From the sequence record NC_009705.1: a stretch of DNA of 64,000 nt; one strand, given 5' to 3'. The notes under the pieces are model-generated. The model was not told the origin of the DNA, searched no databases, and saw only the letters and a list, made by a program, of their open reading frames with translations. The position numbers were made by a program, and so were the translations under genes. Below are positions 59,049-64,000 of this stretch, piece after piece (the first letter of the stretch is position 1; every line of letters starts with the position of its first letter). The DNA is from a plasmid.

Positions 59049-59978
59049 ACCACGCACCTTCAATGAATTGAGCTGCGGTGCCATCAAATCAGGGTTTTAT
59101 GCGCAAAGGCGAAATCGGAAAATTGTCCGTACACATGTTGATACCACCTAAAAAACCCGATAAGGAATATCCGAACATACAATATCTAGAAAATATTCAA
59201 TATCTGTTTTTTCTTCTCGCCGACGGCAATATTATCTATAAGGATAGTTGGAACGGTATGGCTACAGCGTAGTTGTGTAAAGAGTGTCAAGGTATTGGCA
59301 CTCTACTGCTACAACAGGTCTTAAACCTACCAAATATTTATGTGAGAACAGCATATATTTCGTTTCCCTACAAACCTCTATATGAATTAACCCAAATCAA
59401 TGATCCATAAGGATCAATCCAACTCCCCCCTGTCCTGCTAGACCAGTCTTTTATCGTTGCTGGAAGTACCACAGAGGCTTTGTTCGCAACATGCCGTTGC
59501 GAAACCTTACTTACTGATTATTGAGCTACCTTAGCTTTCCTGCTTTGTTATTTTGCATGGCCATCTGTAAGCAATCAGATGGCCTCTTATAAAAAGTATC
59601 ATATTTTTTATTTTTACCAACTGGTTCCAGTTGTAGCAAAAACGTGGCTTAGCACTGACTCCGTGCCGTACCAGCAGATCCGGATGGCATCCTATCTGAA
59701 GGTATTCCGGTAGCTGACATTTTACTCGAACAACTGGATGTAGAAGAAACAGCACTACGTGACCCAAAAGAATGTGTTCACGAGTGCGCTAATTAGCCAG
59801 CATGGAAGAAACGTAGTGATGTACATGCCAATTTTGATGATCGTGTAGCTCTTTACGTTAACAAATATTAGTGGTTTTAGCTCTGCCCTTTGTATTAGGG
59901 CATCGGTAAGCTCATTACTATAAAGGTACAAAATACGATTACCTCTAAAATTCACCTGTCAAAACTCAGAGCACAAAA

Positions 59979-60157
59979 ATGACACCAGAAGAAGTAAGAG
60001 AGCTACGCCTACTGCTGGCCTAAGTGAAGAGGCCACGGCTCAGCTATTTGGATACAAGAACAAATATGCATGGCGACGTAGGGAATACCCGCAGTTAGCA
60101 CTAATTACCGTAAAATTAAGGTCGCTGAATACAATACCTTGCTACAATTGGCGGTGA
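59979..60157 (+). pseudogene. XRE/MqsA-like HTH gene interrupted by -1 frameshift (MTPEEVRELRLLLA / LSEEATAQLFGYKNKYAWRRREYPQLALITVKLRSL)
   Basis: Two consecutive frames together give a canonical HTH antitoxin-like protein. Stop at 60021 in frame 1. Confidence 0.4.
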
Positions 60158-60420
60158 AAAAACGGGTTGAGCGTGAATCTGGCTACATGGAGAGCGATTT
60201 ATCTCCATTGAATAATGACCTTCAAACCTACTGGGACGAATACCTGAAGTCGAAGGAAAATACTCAGCAAGATCAGTTGAAGGAAAAAACCGTTAAGCTT
60301 GGCTGTCCTAATAATCTTGATCTTGCACGTTATGTTGAAAGCTTAGAAGTTCAAGTGAGAGAAATGAGTGCTCAACTTGAGAAGCTGGGACAACGGAAAA
60401 AAGTGTCTCACCTGATCTAA
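60139..60420 (+). CDS. Hypothetical protein (93 aa; TTG start)
   Basis: ORF. Low confidence, overlaps the end of the frameshifted HTH. Confidence 0.25.
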   Translation: MLQLAVKKRVERESGYMESDLSPLNNDLQTYWDEYLKSKENTQQDQLKEKTVKLGCPNNLDLARYVESLEVQVREMSAQLEKLGQRKKVSHLI

Positions 60421-60780
60421 AGATCCCGCAGATGATCCCATTATTGATCGCGTGATCCAACAGAGATCTCTATGAAGATCATCAAAGATAAAGAATATTT
60501 ACTCTCTACCAAATATCTTCCCTGTACCGCTCTTTAAGCAGTTTTGTAATCTAACCTAGTCGGTATAGGGATAAGTGTAAAAATCCTCACATAATCGATT
60601 TCAGCGCGTTTTAGACCATCCCTAGCACCCGATCATCATCATTAACGATTGGATCTTAAGACAAAATATCAAACAGCTTGCTGTGCGATTAGCTCGTTTT
60701 TTTTTAGATCTAATTCTCTTTTACTTCTGTTTATTTCCCTGAAGACAATCCATTGAATTATATATTATTTTTACGGTTCA

Positions 60781-61500
60781 GGTGAGGTAATTTGGGTACA
60801 TAGGTGAGGGGTTTTGGGTACTCAAGTGAGGAATTTTGGGTACATAGGTGAGAGGATTTGGGGTTAATAACTTGATTATTCGTAAAATTTTTATAGGTGA
60901 GGGAATTTGGGGTGGATAACTCTTTAACCCCTTATCTATAGGTGAGAGAATTTGGGTACGATAAGTGAGTGATTTTGGGCATCAAAGGTGAGGGAATTTG
61001 GGTTAGGTAAAATCAATACCTATTAATGGATAAATTCAGGTTTTCCGGTAAGTTAGCGGGGTTTGGTATTCTCAGGTGAGAGAATTTGGGCACCATAGGT
61101 GAGGGATTTTGGGTATCATAGGTGAGGGATTTTGGGCACCATAGGTGAGGGAATTTGGGCACCACAGGTGAGAGAATTTGGGCACCATAGGTGAGGGATT
61201 TTGGGCGTCATAGGTGAGAGATTTTGGGCACCATAGGTGAGGGATTTTGGGTATCAATAGGCTTTCGTGACGGTTTAATGTTCAAAAGTGACACTGTATT
61301 GCTCAAAAGTGACACTGTAATTAAATAATTCAATTTTCAGGTGAGTGATTTTGGGTATCACCCGTCATTTTTAGCCGGATTGGCTCTGATGAGCATGGCT
61401 TGGGATCGTCAGTAAATAATTTATAGGTGAGTGATTTTGGGCATCAGTGTGATGTGAATCAACTTCACAACAATAGGTGAGAAAAAACTTTTATTTCTCA
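60781..61500. repeat. oriV iteron region: at least 18 copies of ~23-bp ATAGGTGAGGGATTTTGGGCACC, 8 in perfect tandem (61068-61258); DnaA-box-like GTGGATAAC at 60907; two 18-bp repeats CAAAAGTGACACTGTA (61281-61320)
   Basis: All read directly. Immediately upstream of the rep gene. Confidence 0.85.
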
Positions 61501-61546
61501 CTTATAGTGCTACTATTAAACCCTAACTCATTAATCAACTTTCAAT

Positions 61547-62575
61547 TTGATGACTATGCTTACAATGAACTTACCCGCACCGCAACCGGCGCTGAATGGC
61601 GTTGTAGTTCAGTCAAACTCTCTGATTGACGCGGCATACAGCCTGACTATCGATGAAATGCGCCTTGTTTACATCGCTATGTTGAAAATCGATAGCAAAG
61701 TTAAATTAGAGAATGGGTTAATGCCTGAAATCAATGTCACCACATTAGAATTCAGGGAAGCATTCAATATCAAGTCGCACACCATGTACAATCGATTGAA
61801 TCAGCTAGGTGACGCCCTACTGGTCAAACCCATTATTACTTTTGAGTACGACGAAGAAAAGCAGGAAACAGTAAAGAGAAAGCGGGTGTGGTTTACGAGT
61901 GTTAGCTATGTTGATGATCAAGAATCCAAAGCCATTAATTTACGTTTCTCACCTGAACTGCTGCCATTCCTCTACGCGCTAAAAGATAACTTCACCAAAG
62001 TTGACTTCACTTATCTGGCTGAACTGGATAGCCCCTTTGCTATGCGTCTCTACCAGTGGCTGCAAAAATATAGAAGAATGAAGAAGTACAACAAAGGTGA
62101 TGGGCTGGTCGAAACCGAACCCTTTAGTTTAGAAGAAATTAAAAACAGAACAGGGCTGAGTTCTAAGTACCCAGAGTACAAAATTTTTAAACGCGACGTA
62201 CTTGATCCTGCGATCCATAAAATAAACCGAGTCACCGATATCTCTGTGACTTACAAGCCCGTAAAAAAAGGGAAGACAATCATCGCGATTATCTTTGCCT
62301 ATGTAGAAGAACAGGGCGGCGTGTCATCTAAACCTTGCCGTGCAAGACTGCCGACCCGACCAAAAGTGACAGTAGGATCTAATGCTGAAGGTGAATGGGC
62401 CAAACGCTGCATTCACATTATGGAGAGTTTCAGAAAAGCACTGCTTGAGTATGATCCCAATGAAAAGCTGCCAATGCCTGACCTCAAGAAATTACTGAGC
62501 TACTACGAAATCGTGGGTGACTCGCATAAAGCCAGCAAAGTGAAAGCAGAGATCGCTAGCCGGACTGGGAAATAA
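61547..62575 (+). CDS. repA: Rep_3-family (RepB/RepA-like) iteron-binding replication initiator
   Basis: N-terminus VVQSNSLIDAAYSLTIDEMRLVYIAMLKI is a Rep_3 winged-helix signature. Located next to iterons. Confidence 0.65.
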   Translation: MMTMLTMNLPAPQPALNGVVVQSNSLIDAAYSLTIDEMRLVYIAMLKIDSKVKLENGLMPEINVTTLEFREAFNIKSHTMYNRLNQLGDALLVKPIITFEYDEEKQETVKRKRVWFTSVSYVDDQESKAINLRFSPELLPFLYALKDNFTKVDFTYLAELDSPFAMRLYQWLQKYRRMKKYNKGDGLVETEPFSLEEIKNRTGLSSKYPEYKIFKRDVLDPAIHKINRVTDISVTYKPVKKGKTIIAIIFAYVEEQGGVSSKPCRARLPTRPKVTVGSNAEGEWAKRCIHIMESFRKALLEYDPNEKLPMPDLKKLLSYYEIVGDSHKASKVKAEIASRTGK

Positions 62576-63875
62576 GATACTCAAATCGTTCCTGAGTCCT
62601 CGTATCACCGATTTTTCTGCAATAATTTACAATGAGCTGAAGATCCTCTCTCTTCAGCTCAAGCCTACTATCAAACCTTTTCAATTCCTCCCGATAATAA
62701 ATCAATTTAGATCTATTCGTCCTCGCCCATTCACCCTCTTCATGGCTACCCGACACAACATGTGGCCGTTTTAATAATGCGGGCCTCTCAGGACGGAATC
62801 GTTTTGGATCATTGTCCGTTCCCGTTAGCGTGTTCTTCACCAATCTGGCTATATGATTCACTTTATTCCTGATGCTACCGGAAAACACGGGCGCTAAAGG
62901 TTTGTCATCAGTAATCGTGCTGTTGACGGTATTGATCCACTGAACATCTGGCTCTACGGCCATTGGTTTTGGTATGGCTTCTGGTGGCAATTCTTGGGAA
63001 TATACCTGCTGTGGAGGCTGCTCTGCTTCTGCTTCGGATTCAATTACTTCCTCCATAAGTGGCAGGACTTCCTCTTCCGTTGCAGGATTACGGCGGCTTA
63101 AATTTCTGAACCTAAAATGGGTGATCTGATTGCCCTTCATACAATCCTTGAGCAATTCAATAGTAATTTTGACACCAGTATTTTGCTCAATCAATTTGGC
63201 AAGTGATTTCAATCGCTTAGAGATTTCACAGATCTGATCATAGGTTTTAGAACTGAAATTGAAAAAATCTTTAATGATATCAACAGAGTAAAATCCTTGT
63301 TTGCTTCCAGTTTTAAATTTATCTCTGAGAGCAATACAGAAGAGTTTGATCTGACTGACTGAAGTACATTTCATCAAAATGTCATAAGGTAACTCAACGT
63401 AATTACCGGTAAGCCCGTATAAAAAAGGCTTGGTATCATAATTGACCGTGATTTCTATATTGCCACTTTGATGAAACTCTTCACTATCCGCTTTAACGGG
63501 ATAACTAAACTCTGAAATTAAATTAGTGTGTTTGACTCGCTTAATATCTTCTTCAGGAGTAATCCATTCTATTACAGCATTCTTTAACGCGATGATTAAT
63601 CCACGGGTCGTTTGCACATTTATCGCTGATTGCTGCTTAATGAAACTGTGTATTTTCCCTTTATAATTCATTAATTTCCCAAGCTCGTTAACTGAACGAG
63701 CAGAAAAAGTACGATTCTTTTTAGAGACGAAATGATCCACTCCATCTAAAACAGAGTGCCGTCTGAAAGTTATTCCCGCCAAAGTAGTTAAATAAAGACG
63801 ATATCCTATCAAATTCATTCTTGAGCTAAATAGATATTCGACAAACTCATTAGCAATGCGGATGGTTTTATTCAT
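62556..63875 (-). CDS. Second Rep_3-family replication initiator, convergent with and overlapping (20 bp) the first
   Basis: LIGYRLYLTTLAGI N-terminus, middle KPFLYGLTGNYVELPYDILMKCTSVSQIKLFCIALRDKF, C-terminal HEEGEWAR paralogous to EGEWAKR of the first Rep. Confidence 0.5.
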   Translation of the reverse strand: MNKTIRIANEFVEYLFSSRMNLIGYRLYLTTLAGITFRRHSVLDGVDHFVSKKNRTFSARSVNELGKLMNYKGKIHSFIKQQSAINVQTTRGLIIALKNAVIEWITPEEDIKRVKHTNLISEFSYPVKADSEEFHQSGNIEITVNYDTKPFLYGLTGNYVELPYDILMKCTSVSQIKLFCIALRDKFKTGSKQGFYSVDIIKDFFNFSSKTYDQICEISKRLKSLAKLIEQNTGVKITIELLKDCMKGNQITHFRFRNLSRRNPATEEEVLPLMEEVIESEAEAEQPPQQVYSQELPPEAIPKPMAVEPDVQWINTVNSTITDDKPLAPVFSGSIRNKVNHIARLVKNTLTGTDNDPKRFRPERPALLKRPHVVSGSHEEGEWARTNRSKLIYYREELKRFDSRLELKREDLQLIVNYCRKIGDTRTQERFEYLISQSG

Positions 63876-64000
63876 AAAAATCAGTTACCTAGAAATGATT
63901 TAGGCATAACAATCACTTTCTATATTTTCCAAAGACTATTTGGTAATTACTTTACTTAAAATTTAAAAAGGATCAACTTTTAATTAAATGGATCTTACTG

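Noticed and set aside
59078-59272. 64-aa ORF immediately upstream of the toxI-like promoter
   Set aside because: It overlaps the promoter region and has no RBS or motif. Probably non-coding.
59531-59955. Overlapping minus-strand ORFs 59531-59767 and 59755-59955
   Set aside because: They are mutually overlapping and antisense to plus-strand gene fragments in a region that looks degraded. Not reported as genes.
61072-61257. 61-aa ORF (MIPKIPHLWCPKSLT...) with internally repeated peptide
   Set aside because: It is simply the antisense translation of the 23-bp tandem iterons of oriV. The periodic peptide is an artefact of the DNA repeat.
60781-61500. Possible CRISPR array (regular ~23-bp repeats)
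   Set aside because: Repeats are contiguous with no unique spacers and sit directly upstream of a Rep_3 gene, which is classic iteron organisation. No cas genes are present.

Overview
The window reads as a 64-kb segment of a large, relatively AT-rich conjugative plasmid. Gene content suggests a gammaproteobacterial host, but the host cannot be named from sequence alone.

Backbone:
- Replication (60.8-63.9 kb): an iteron-rich oriV (at least 18 copies of a ~23-bp GGTGAGGGATTTTGGGCACC unit, 8 of them in perfect tandem) followed by two convergent, 3'-overlapping Rep_3-type initiator genes.
- Conjugation: a split I-type (Dot/Icm-like, type IVB) apparatus.
  - Minus-strand cluster at 18.6-30 kb: DotA/TraY-like and DsbC/TrbB-like genes plus further hypothetical genes.
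  - Minus-strand dotD-dotC-dotB-like operon at 32.6-35.1 kb.
  - Plus-strand run at 37.1-50.6 kb: DotI/H/G-like, small membrane proteins, a Cys-rich HNH-like protein, an IcmB/DotO-like ATPase and a DotL-like coupling ATPase.
- Partition: a ParM/ParR-like actin-type module, a ParF/ParG-like Walker-type module flanked on both sides by CTTGCTGCAA-type iteron arrays, and a separate ParB-like protein next to TTGAAAAC palindromes.
- Establishment-type genes at 50.7-53 kb: a plasmid H-NS homologue, a lytic transglycosylase and an SSB.
- Two tyrosine recombinases, one of which sits beside a ~160-bp complex inverted repeat.

Accessory content:
- 0.1-5.8 kb: a module bracketed by two ~85-bp direct repeats. 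It carries a PAAR-like, glycine-zipper (membrane-disrupting) polymorphic toxin with a 3-TM candidate immunity gene, a second PAAR-like ORF, an XRE regulator, a DUF2786-like protein and a CHAT/caspase-like protein.
- 6.7-10.1 kb: a six-gene operon of unknowns plus an HNH nuclease.
- 10.1-13.5 kb: an AT-rich islet with a secreted DRGH-type nonspecific nuclease and a PD-(D/E)xK-like protein.
- 53.6-58.3 kb: a leading-region-like island of small genes punctuated by five copies of a ~38-bp GGTAAAGCC box. It includes a resolvase remnant, a possible HEPN (Rx4H) protein, an RHH-fused protein and a start-codon-mutated paralogue of the 73-aa gene at 5.8 kb.
- 58.4-59.05 kb: a type III toxin-antitoxin locus (promoter, 2 x 47-nt repeats, terminator, toxN-like gene).

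All assignments are from motif-level reading of the translated ORFs and DNA repeats. No database search was possible.
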